Of a stretch of 13,896 nt of DNA, positions 7,076 through 13,896 are shown one piece after another. A program made the position numbers and the translations under genes. The notes under the pieces are model-generated. The model had not been told where the DNA came from. It saw nothing but the letters and a program-made list of their open reading frames with translations, and ran no database searches. Position 1 is the stretch's first letter; each line of letters starts with the position of its first letter. Origin of the DNA: Verrucomicrobiota bacterium (lineage in GTDB: Bacteria > Verrucomicrobiota > Verrucomicrobiia > Chthoniobacterales > UBA6821); the NCBI GenBank assembly GCA_008932965.1, contig WBXG01000046.1, positions 1 to 13,896 on the forward strand, given 5' to 3'.

Positions 7076-8214
7076 TAAAACCGCTGACTTATTGGAATGA
7101 CTTTTTTCCCCTCGGCAGGGCCAATATACTCACTCAGAGGACGGTAAATCCTGTTGTCAGCGAGCTGCTCCAAAATATGAGCTGTCCATCCTGCAGTGCG
7201 GGCAATGGAAAAGACAGGGGTGAACATGTCGGTAGGAAGTCCTAGAGAATAATAGACGATGGCTGAGTAAAAATCGACGTTGGCATTAAGTCCTTTTTTT
7301 TCTTTCATTATGGAGGCAATACGTTCTGCCATTTTCATCCACTTAGTTTCGCCTAGACGTTCGCACATTTGAATGCCCATAGCACGAAGGTGGGGAGCTC
7401 GTGGGTCAAGTGTCTTATAAACACGGTGCCCTATTCCCATAATTTTCTTTTTTTCCTCTAATGTTTTGGTCACCCATGCATCGACGTGAGATTCCTCCCC
7501 AATTTCTTGAAGCATATGAATCACTCCTTCATTAGCACCTCCATGAAGAGGTCCTTTGAGTGTTCCAATAGCAGAGGTAATGGCTGAATAAATATCAGTT
7601 AATGTAGAAACGGTCACCCGTGACGAAAAGGTAGAGGCATTCATCCCATGATCAGCATGAAGAACATAGCAGACATCAAGGGTCTCAGCTGCTTCCTGAG
7701 TCGGAATTTCTCCTTGAAGTAGGTAGAGAAAATGCTCGGCTTCCGTGAGATCCTTGTTGATGGGTGGGAGATCTTTCCCTTGACGTGCCCGATGATAATA
7801 AGCCGCAATCACACTCATTTTAGCAGTAATAGAAGCAGCACGAAGATGTTTGAAGTGATCCGTTTTATTGAGTAAATCATGAGCCCCTTCACTGTCATAA
7901 AGTCCTAACATCGAAATTCCCGTGCGAAGAACATCCATGGGATTGGCATTCTTAGGTGCTGAGAGAATAAAATGAATGATTCCCTCTGGAAGTTCACGTT
8001 GATGAGCTAGCTCTTCATGAAGCGCCAGCAATTCTGTTGCAGTCGGCAATCTTCCATACCAGAGGAGGTGAATGACCTCCTCAAAGCTCACCTGACCTGC
8101 TAGTTCATTGATATTGTAACCAACGTAGGAAAGTGTACCCTCTTCACCACGAACGTCGCTCAGTGACGTACTGTTGGCGATAATTCCTTCAAGTCCTTTA
8201 GCTGTGATAGGCAT
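7075..8214 (-). CDS. gltA: Citrate synthase (short, about 380 aa type)
   Basis: A 379 aa protein with citrate synthase signatures 'GHRVYKTLDPRA' and 'LHADHGMNASTF' and a C-terminal 'RPLSEYIGP'-type region. Confidence 0.95.
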   Translation of the reverse strand: MPITAKGLEGIIANSTSLSDVRGEEGTLSYVGYNINELAGQVSFEEVIHLLWYGRLPTATELLALHEELAHQRELPEGIIHFILSAPKNANPMDVLRTGISMLGLYDSEGAHDLLNKTDHFKHLRAASITAKMSVIAAYYHRARQGKDLPPINKDLTEAEHFLYLLQGEIPTQEAAETLDVCYVLHADHGMNASTFSSRVTVSTLTDIYSAITSAIGTLKGPLHGGANEGVIHMLQEIGEESHVDAWVTKTLEEKKKIMGIGHRVYKTLDPRAPHLRAMGIQMCERLGETKWMKMAERIASIMKEKKGLNANVDFYSAIVYYSLGLPTDMFTPVFSIARTAGWTAHILEQLADNRIYRPLSEYIGPAEGKKVIPISQRF

Positions 8215-8285
8215 TATTGAAAAAAAGTAGAGGGTAACGAGTCTAGGGTGAAAGGTTTTTTGTAACGTATTCTAAAAACTAATAA

Positions 8286-9173
8286 CTACTTTTTCCCAAG
8301 CAAGGAGAATAGCGTCTCTGCAATATCAGCAGGACTTTCCGCCACAGCAATGCCTGCAGCGTGCAGGGCCTCTTTTTTTCCATGAGCTGTCCCGCTCGAG
8401 CCTTGAATAATGGCTCCAGCATGTCCCATACGACGACCTTCTGGGGCTGTGGCACCAGCAATGAATGCAGCGATTGGTTTTTTACAATGTTCTTTGGCCC
8501 AGAGAGCAGCCTCTTCTTCCTCGGAGCCTCCAATTTCACCAATCATAATGATGGCCTCTGTCTCTGGATCATTATTAAAGAGGCGAAGAGCTTCAGTTTG
8601 CGTCATTCCATGAATAGGATCTCCCCCAATACCAATGCAGGTTGATTGTCCTATTCCTCGTGAGGTGAGTTGCCACACGGCTTCATAGGTGAGGGTTCCA
8701 GATCGAGAGACAACTCCAACCGGTCCTGGTTTATGAATATAGCCAGGCATAATACCAATTTTACATTGGCCTGGGGTAATAATCCCAGGACAATTTGGAC
8801 CAATAAGAACAGGGGTATTTTTTGAAAATGTTGCTAAAATTGCCTTCACTCGCATCATATCGTGGACCGGAATACCCTCTGTAATACAAACGATCAGCTC
8901 CATTCCCGCGTGGGCTGCCTCCAAAATAGCATCTGCAGCACCCGCAGCAGGAACAAAAATCATGGTAGCATTACAGCCTGTCTCTTTTCGTGCTTCATCA
9001 ACCGTATCAAAAATAGGAATCGTTTCATCAAGGAGCTCTCCACCTCGTCCTGGAGTGACCCCTGCTACGAGATCTGTTCCATAATCACGACAACTACGTG
9101 CATGGAAAGCTCCTGCTTTTCCTGTGATTCCTTGAACAAGAAGACGTGTGTTTTTATCAACAAGGAGAGACAT
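8286..9173 (-). CDS. sucD: Succinate--CoA ligase subunit alpha (SucD)
   Basis: Motifs '[11 protein letters not shown]', '[10 protein letters not shown]', 'SRSGTLTYE' and the phosphohistidine loop 'MGHAGAII'. I place the start at ATG 9173 ('[15 protein letters not shown]'), 4 nt after the sucC stop. The 23-codon extension in the ORF track (to 9242) overlaps sucC and has no homologue-like sequence. Confidence 0.95.
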   Translation of the reverse strand: MSLLVDKNTRLLVQGITGKAGAFHARSCRDYGTDLVAGVTPGRGGELLDETIPIFDTVDEARKETGCNATMIFVPAAGAADAILEAAHAGMELIVCITEGIPVHDMMRVKAILATFSKNTPVLIGPNCPGIITPGQCKIGIMPGYIHKPGPVGVVSRSGTLTYEAVWQLTSRGIGQSTCIGIGGDPIHGMTQTEALRLFNNDPETEAIIMIGEIGGSEEEEAALWAKEHCKKPIAAFIAGATAPEGRRMGHAGAIIQGSSGTAHGKKEALHAAGIAVAESPADIAETLFSLLGKK

Positions 9174-9177
9174 GGAT

Positions 9178-10389
9178 TTAGTGAGTAGAAATTGGATGGT
9201 TGGAAAAAGAAGCTGCTGCAGCAACGACCCTTTGAGCAGCATCTGTCAAGTCTGTTGCAGCTTGAAGAGGAAGTTGGGATTCACGAAGTAACTTTTTCCC
9301 TTGCTCTACATTGGTACCTTCAAGACGGACAACTAGGGGGACTGAGAGTTTTGTAGTCTTAAAAGCATTAATAATTCCTTGTGCAATGATATCACAGTGC
9401 ATAATACCGCCAAAAATATTTACTAGGATCGCTCGGACCTTAGGGTCTTGAGACAAAATTTTAAAAGCCTCTGTGACCTGGTCTTCTGTAGCACCTCCTC
9501 CTACATCGAGGAAATTAGCTGGTTCACCGCCGTGATGCTTAATGATGTCCATCGTGGCCATGGCAAGTCCTGCCCCATTTACCAGGCATGCAATATCTCC
9601 TTCTAGACCGATATAGTTGAGATGAAAAGTAGAGGCGACGACTTCACGGGGATCTTCTTCAGCTGTATCGCGCAAAGCGGCAATATTCTCATGACGAAAG
9701 AGAGCATTTTCATCAAAACTTAATTTTGCATCCAGGGCAAACACCTCTCCTGATGTGGTCAGTACAAGGGGATTAACCTCGACCATCATGCACTCGGATT
9801 GCTCAAAGAGATGATAGAGATTTGAGATTAACTTACTGGCAGATAAAAATTGTTTTCCACGGAAGCCAAGACGTCGAGCAATGTTACGGCTTTGATAAGG
9901 CTGCAAGCCGAGAAGGGGATGAACAGCTTCTCTCCAGATCTTTTCCGGCGATTCTGCTGCAACTGTTTCAATGTCGACCCCTCCCTCAGTACTCGCAATA
10001 ATCATGGGAGCTGCACTCTTACGATCAAGTACAATGGCGAGGTAATATTCTTTGGAAATCTCGACCGATTCTGCGATGAGAACTTTACTAACTAATTTCC
10101 CTTCAGGTCCTGTTTGGTGAGTAACAAGAGTATTCCCAAGCATCTTGTGAGCTACCTCACAAGCTTCCTCTGCAGTTGTGACAATATGTACTCCACTACG
10201 AAGACCATTAGTAAAAGTTCCCATGCCACGTCCTCCAGCATGAATCTGAGCTTTGACCACAAATGTTTTATTTATAAAGCTAGAAGCAATATTCTTTGCC
10301 TCCTCATGTGTGGTAATCACGGCACCTTTTGGTGTCATAACACCAAAAAATTCAAAAAGTTGTTTCGCTTGGTACTCGTGAATATTCAT
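9178..10389 (-). CDS. sucC: Succinate--CoA ligase subunit beta (SucC)
   Basis: A 403 aa protein with the canonical N-terminus '[12 protein letters not shown]', an ATP-grasp region with 'HAGGRG', and '[10 protein letters not shown]'. It lies immediately upstream of sucD. Confidence 0.95.
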   Translation of the reverse strand: MNIHEYQAKQLFEFFGVMTPKGAVITTHEEAKNIASSFINKTFVVKAQIHAGGRGMGTFTNGLRSGVHIVTTAEEACEVAHKMLGNTLVTHQTGPEGKLVSKVLIAESVEISKEYYLAIVLDRKSAAPMIIASTEGGVDIETVAAESPEKIWREAVHPLLGLQPYQSRNIARRLGFRGKQFLSASKLISNLYHLFEQSECMMVEVNPLVLTTSGEVFALDAKLSFDENALFRHENIAALRDTAEEDPREVVASTFHLNYIGLEGDIACLVNGAGLAMATMDIIKHHGGEPANFLDVGGGATEDQVTEAFKILSQDPKVRAILVNIFGGIMHCDIIAQGIINAFKTTKLSVPLVVRLEGTNVEQGKKLLRESQLPLQAATDLTDAAQRVVAAAASFSNHPISTH

Positions 10390-10444
10390 GAAGCTTGTAA
10401 ATTACACAAGCGTGAGCACCATGGAAAGTAGAATAGATAGGTTA

Positions 10445-10553
10445 GGGGGGCGGTTCTGATGTTCGAATGATTTAGTACTAGTACGGTGATAGACATAGTA
10501 TCCGTCAGGTGTTCGCAAGCCGCAGAAGAACCAGTATGAAATATCCGGGTTAA
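10445..10553 (-). mobile_element. MITE-like element, copy E6 (truncated, about 110 bp, only one terminus present)
   Basis: The reverse complement reads TTAACCCGGATATTTCATACTGGTTCTTCTGCGGCTTGCGAACACCTGACGGATACTATGTC. This is near-identical to 3572-3632 of E2. No second terminal repeat occurs before the sucC start. Its terminal TTAA (10550-10553) contains the stop codon of the PBP gene. Confidence 0.7.
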
Positions 10554-12502
10554 AATTCTCCTGCCGGATACCGATCTGCTGCCGGTGACTCCATAAAATC
10601 GACCCAAATAGGAAGTGCAAGTTCGGCTCCATAGCCCCCTCGCATGATGGTTTTAGGTTGATCAAAGCCGACCCAAACACCGCAGGTAAGACCTTGAGTG
10701 AAACCAAGAAACCAGGCATCAAAAAAATGATCGGTGGTGCCAGTCTTGCCTGCCGCTAGCTTCTTAAGTCCCAAGGAGCTAGCACGGGAGGCAGTCCCTT
10801 CAGTAAGGACTTTTTCTAAAATCGAGGTGGTGATTCGCGTCGCAGCTGGATCAAGGATGGGAAGGCGTCCGCGTGTCGCCAGAAAAAGAATTTTTCCATC
10901 GGCGTCGGTGACTTGTTCAATGAAATGAGGTTGCAAGCGACCTCCACCCGTGGCAAGGGCTGTGTAAGCAGCAGTGATATTGCGAAGTGTAGATTCAAAA
11001 CTCCCCAAACAAATGGAAGGGTAGGGAGGGATTTTTTCAGCTAAGCCCAGGTGCTCGAGTGTGGTGGCTACATTTTTTAATCCTGCCCCTATCCCAACAC
11101 GCACGCTCATAGTGTTACGTGAGTGAATGAGCCCCTGACTTGCAGGTAGCCATTCATGAAAAGTCCCATCGCTATTTTGAGGATGATAATTTTTAAAACC
11201 TTCTGGAAGTTCGCTTGAGGTGAGCGGCGCATCGTTCACCAGCGATTCTGGTGTCATTCCTTGTCGGAAAGCTTCCTCATAAACAAAGGGCTTAGCTGCA
11301 GAGCCCACTTGGCGGAGTGCAGTCGTAGCACGGTTATACTTACTTGTTTTATAATCACGCCCGCCGACGATTGCCACAATACCGCCGCTACTATTATCGA
11401 TTGCTAGGAGAGCCCCTTGTAGTGGAGCTGTTTTTTCTTCTCTTTGAACAGGATCTTTTTTCTTGCTAGAGCTCGACATCTTATTTTTAGGAGGAGAATG
11501 CTGATCTTGGAAATCACTCCTCTTTTCAATCTCTGCAAGGTTCCAGGCGAGAGATTTCTCAGCTGTATGCTGAAGTCCTGGATCAATAGTCGTCATAATA
11601 TGAAGGGGCCCAGCTTCCATTTTTTCGGGAGGAAGCACTTGATTGAGTTCATGGAGAATAGCATCAACCGCCCAGCTATTTTGAAAATGGAGCAAACGAT
11701 TGGAGGGTGGCTCTATCTTTTCATTCAGAGCTTTGGAATGTTCCTCTTGTGTAATGAGGTTAAGTTCTTCCATTCGTCTGAGCACAAGGGCCTGCTGCTG
11801 CAGTGCTCCCGGGAGATTATTGTAGGGAGAGAGATGATTGGGGCTTCGAATGAGTCCTGCCAGAAGTGCTCCTTGGGCTAATGTCATCTGAGAAGCAGGT
11901 CTATTGAAATAGGCTTGACTGGCAGATTCAACACCATAGAGCCCAGGACCAAAATAGATCCGATTCATATAGAGCTCTAAAATCTTTTCTTTAGAGAGTT
12001 CTGTTTCAATACGAAAAGCCATGGCGGCTTCAAGTAACTTGCGATTCAGGTTGTGTCCCCCAAGTGGAAAACTATTTCGAGCAAGTTGCTGTGTGATGGT
12101 GCTTCCTCCTTGCCTGATCCCGCCAAGAAAAAGATTTCGGGCAGCTGCCCGAGCTATACCGATGGGATCAACACCATGGTGCTCATAAAAACGGGCATCT
12201 TCTCGGCTAATCAAGGCATTGACAAAATAGTTGGAGACTTTTTCAAATGGAACAATTTGTCGATTTTCTCCACCGGCAAGACTATAAACTTTTCCATAAC
12301 GATCATAGATGAGCGAGCGTTGGGACATCTGGCCAATTTTGGAAAGATCATAGGTAAGTGCCCATAGATAATAAAATGAGGCAATCAAAGACCAAATCAG
12401 CAAAAGAGAGAAAGAAAATTTAAATAACGTTGCAACAGAGAAGCATCGTTTGCTTTGTTTTTTTTTGGACGTTTTTTTTGAGGGAGGATGGTGAGGACGC
12501 AT
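10550..12502 (-). CDS. mrcA: Class A (bifunctional glycosyltransferase/transpeptidase) penicillin-binding protein, PBP1A-like
   Basis: A 650 aa protein with a basic N-terminal tail and a TM anchor. GT51 motifs are 'EDARFYEHHGVD', 'GGSTITQQLARN', 'RKLLEAAMAFRIE' and 'KEKILELYMNRIYFG'. Transpeptidase motifs are 'SAAKPF' (SxxK), 'SRN' (SxN) and 'KTGTT' (KTG). Confidence 0.9.
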   Translation of the reverse strand: MRPHHPPSKKTSKKKQSKRCFSVATLFKFSFSLLLIWSLIASFYYLWALTYDLSKIGQMSQRSLIYDRYGKVYSLAGGENRQIVPFEKVSNYFVNALISREDARFYEHHGVDPIGIARAAARNLFLGGIRQGGSTITQQLARNSFPLGGHNLNRKLLEAAMAFRIETELSKEKILELYMNRIYFGPGLYGVESASQAYFNRPASQMTLAQGALLAGLIRSPNHLSPYNNLPGALQQQALVLRRMEELNLITQEEHSKALNEKIEPPSNRLLHFQNSWAVDAILHELNQVLPPEKMEAGPLHIMTTIDPGLQHTAEKSLAWNLAEIEKRSDFQDQHSPPKNKMSSSSKKKDPVQREEKTAPLQGALLAIDNSSGGIVAIVGGRDYKTSKYNRATTALRQVGSAAKPFVYEEAFRQGMTPESLVNDAPLTSSELPEGFKNYHPQNSDGTFHEWLPASQGLIHSRNTMSVRVGIGAGLKNVATTLEHLGLAEKIPPYPSICLGSFESTLRNITAAYTALATGGGRLQPHFIEQVTDADGKILFLATRGRLPILDPAATRITTSILEKVLTEGTASRASSLGLKKLAAGKTGTTDHFFDAWFLGFTQGLTCGVWVGFDQPKTIMRGGYGAELALPIWVDFMESPAADRYPAGEF

Positions 12503-12573
12503 TTTTAGTGGCGTATAATTCCTGGAAATAGAGTGTAACTACCAAAATAGTACGTGAAGTTGGTGAGAAAACT

Positions 12574-12597
12574 TTACCCGGACATTTCACACTAAAC
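12574..12597 (+). repeat. Solitary or degenerate repeat-family terminus
   Basis: TTTA-CCCGGACATTTCACACTAAAC matches the E5 left end (CACGGATATTTCACACTAATC) at about 18 of 21 positions. The following 85 nt or so show only faint family similarity (ATGGAGC), so this is probably a decayed copy. Confidence 0.55.
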
Positions 12598-12683
12598 TCC
12601 GTTATTGAGAATAGCAATGGAGCTATCTATAATGAACTATCATTTTCTAAAAAATCAGGGAATTCTGCATGCTTCATGCTGCC

Positions 12684-12954
12684 TAACCCGGATATTTCAT
12701 ACTGATCGTGACGAGGAGGCCGCGAAGGCTGATGGGGCACCACCGGCGGTCGGAGACCGCTGGGGAGACTGCCCTGGCTTTAGGGGGCAGCCCTAAAAGG
12801 GCGAGACGAGCGGGAGCGAGCGAGTCAACGCAGACGAGTATTCTGACGACGGCTGTATGAGTCCATACTGCCCGAGGAAGACTTCGAGCTTGGGCGCAGC
12901 ATCCATCTGGCTTCCCGGCTTCCGTAGTAGATCAGTATGAAATATTCGGGTTAA
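12684..12954 (-). mobile_element. MITE-like element, copy E4 (long type, 271 bp, best-preserved copy)
   Basis: The termini TAACCCGGATATTTCATACTGATC (12684-12707) and GATCAGTATGAAATATTCGGGTTA (12930-12953) are inverted repeats matching at 23 of 24 positions. The interior shares blocks with E1, E2 and E5. It carries a G+C-rich core; by hand count, 51 of 69 nt at 12710-12778 are G/C. Confidence 0.85.
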
Positions 12955-13004
12955 CCCAGAGCCGTTTAGTGAATGAAAAGAATTTTTAAAAAAATGATAT
13001 TTTT

Positions 13005-13724
13005 ATGATGATCTCTTCAAACACTCAATTCGCTGCTCCTTTGAGTATAGAAATCCTGACCCCTTTTCCAGGAATTTGTCACGGAGTGCTCGGGGAGAGT
13101 ATGTTAAAACGGGCTCAAACGCTAGGGTTAGTAAAACTAGAGGCAGTAGATTTGCGCGCTTGGGCAACAGATAAACATCATACCCTTGATGCCCCTTCTT
13201 ATGGTGGAGGGCCCGGAATGGTCATGAAAATTGAGCCTATTGCTGCAGCACTGAAATCACTACGCGGTCCAAAGAGCAAGGTGATCTTTATGTCACCTCA
13301 AGGAAAACGCTTCGATCAATCGATAGCTCGCTCCTTATCCCAAGAGCAGCATCTCATTTTTCTATGTGGGCATTATGAAGGGATCGATCAACGCATCATA
13401 GATCATCTCGTCGATGAAGAAATTTCTATCGGTGATTATGTCTTAACCAATGGTGCATTAGCAGCACTTGTGGTGACCGATGCTGTCGTGCGACTTCTTC
13501 CTGGAGTTTTAGGAGATGAGGGGTCAGCACTCCATGATTCTTTTGAAAAGGGACTGCTCGACTTTCCTCATTATACCCGTCCTGAAGACTTTAATGGTTG
13601 GACTGTTCCGTCAGTTCTACTTTCTGGTAATCATGCTGCCATTGCCACTTGGCGAGAGGATCAAGCCCTGCATGCCACAGCAAAAAAAAGACCTGATTTG
13701 CTGAACACGGATATTTCACACTAA
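13005..13724 (+). CDS. trmD: tRNA (guanine37-N1)-methyltransferase (TrmD)
   Basis: A 239 aa protein with TrmD/SPOUT motifs 'YGGGPGMVMK', 'LCGHYEGIDQR', 'SIGDYVLTNG', 'HYTRP' and 'VPSVLLSGNHA'. The start is ATG 13005 or 13008. The last 7 codons or so and the stop lie inside the terminal repeat of copy E5. Confidence 0.95.
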   Translation: MMISSNTQFAAPLSIEILTPFPGICHGVLGESMLKRAQTLGLVKLEAVDLRAWATDKHHTLDAPSYGGGPGMVMKIEPIAAALKSLRGPKSKVIFMSPQGKRFDQSIARSLSQEQHLIFLCGHYEGIDQRIIDHLVDEEISIGDYVLTNGALAALVVTDAVVRLLPGVLGDEGSALHDSFEKGLLDFPHYTRPEDFNGWTVPSVLLSGNHAAIATWREDQALHATAKKRPDLLNTDISH

Positions 13725-13887
13725 TCTACTGCGGAGGCCGGGAAGCCAGATGGATGCTGCGATAGACTCACATTTTGTTTGGACAGTATGTACACATACA
13801 GCCCGGCATCCCAATCCTTCGCCCGCCTTGTACTAATAAGCTTTGCACGGCGCCTCATGACGATTCAGTATGAAATATCCGGGTTAA
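13703..13887 (+). mobile_element. MITE-like element, copy E5 (short type, 185 bp)
   Basis: The left end GAACACGGATATTTCACACTAATC (13703-13726) is an inverted repeat of GATTCAGTATGAAATATCCGGGTTAA (13862-13887). The interior CTACTGCGGAGGCCGGGAAGCCAGATGGATGCTGCG is near-identical to the reverse complement of 12895-12932. The central hairpin lies at 13781-13803. Confidence 0.8.
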
Positions 13888-13896
13888 ATATTTTTG

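Noticed and set aside
9174-9242. N-terminal 23-codon extension of sucD in the ORF track
   Set aside because: It overlaps the 3' end of sucC and has no SucD-like sequence. The canonical SucD N-terminus '[15 protein letters not shown]' starts at ATG 9173, 4 nt after the sucC stop.
8361-12367. Multiple 60-145 aa ORFs antisense to sucD, sucC and the PBP gene (for example 8361-8645, 8862-9188, 9850-10095, 10114-10431, 11444-11881, 12053-12367)
   Set aside because: These are shadow ORFs opposite strongly supported genes. They have low-complexity or Cys/Ser/Phe-rich translations and no recognisable motifs. The same applies to 1848-2030, 2197-2382, 2801-3004, 4246-4464, 5304-5489, 5633-5821, 5978-6172, 6324-6533 and 13516-13704.
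12605-12796. 63 aa ORF, plus the 10386-10607 ORF sharing 'LTRIFHT'
   Set aside because: 'LTRIFHT' is the translation of the terminal repeat (CTAACCCGGATATTTCATACT). The ORFs run from unique DNA into repeats, with no conservation of frame between copies.
12684-12954. piggyBac-like element (TTAA flank with CCC...GGG termini)
   Set aside because: The resemblance is only in the terminal few bases. Flanks here also include CTAG, CTAA and TTAG, with only TA invariant. piggyBac is a eukaryotic superfamily, so bacterial TA- or YTAR-targeting IS families are more parsimonious. This cannot be resolved without an autonomous copy.
765-13887. CRISPR array as an explanation for the recurring 24-nt motif
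   Set aside because: Copies occur in both orientations, at irregular spacing from 160 bp to several kb, and are separated by housekeeping genes. They pair as inverted repeats around homologous interiors, and no cas genes are present.
1-13896. tRNA, rRNA, riboswitch or other known RNA genes, and toxin-antitoxin or defence modules
   Set aside because: I saw no cloverleaf-like or rRNA-like segments in the spacers. All spacers are accounted for by the repeat family or are short. There are no small paired ORFs or nuclease/ATPase-type genes.

Overview
This 13.9 kb window is housekeeping bacterial chromosome with 11 protein genes, one of them cut by the window edge. On the + strand is a partial cell-wall/division (dcw) block: murF (5'-truncated), mraY, murD, a LysM membrane protein, ftsW and murG. 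Convergent on the - strand are a class A penicillin-binding protein, sucC, sucD and citrate synthase. An isolated trmD follows on the + strand. The murF-mraY-murD-LysM protein-ftsW-murG order mirrors the chlamydial murF-mraY-murD-nlpD-ftsW-murG arrangement, so a PVC-superphylum origin is possible, but I cannot establish this from the sequence alone. I found no rRNA, tRNA, CRISPR array, transposase or obvious defence or toxin genes. The unusual content is non-coding. Six of the nine spacers between adjacent genes hold copies or remnants of one MITE-like repeat family; the three long ones (296-502 bp) are largely filled by it and the 21 bp murG/gltA gap entirely. The family has terminal inverted repeats of about 24 nt (consensus about TTAA-CCCGGATATTTCATACTGATC), a conserved central hairpin, and short (about 184 bp) and long (271 bp, GC-rich core) variants. 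I count 6 elements plus 2-3 solitary ends. Several ends abut or overlap stop codons, at murG, the PBP gene, trmD and possibly murF. One element appears inserted into another, and no autonomous copy is present in the window. Several six-frame ORFs in the spacers are artefacts of these repeats.
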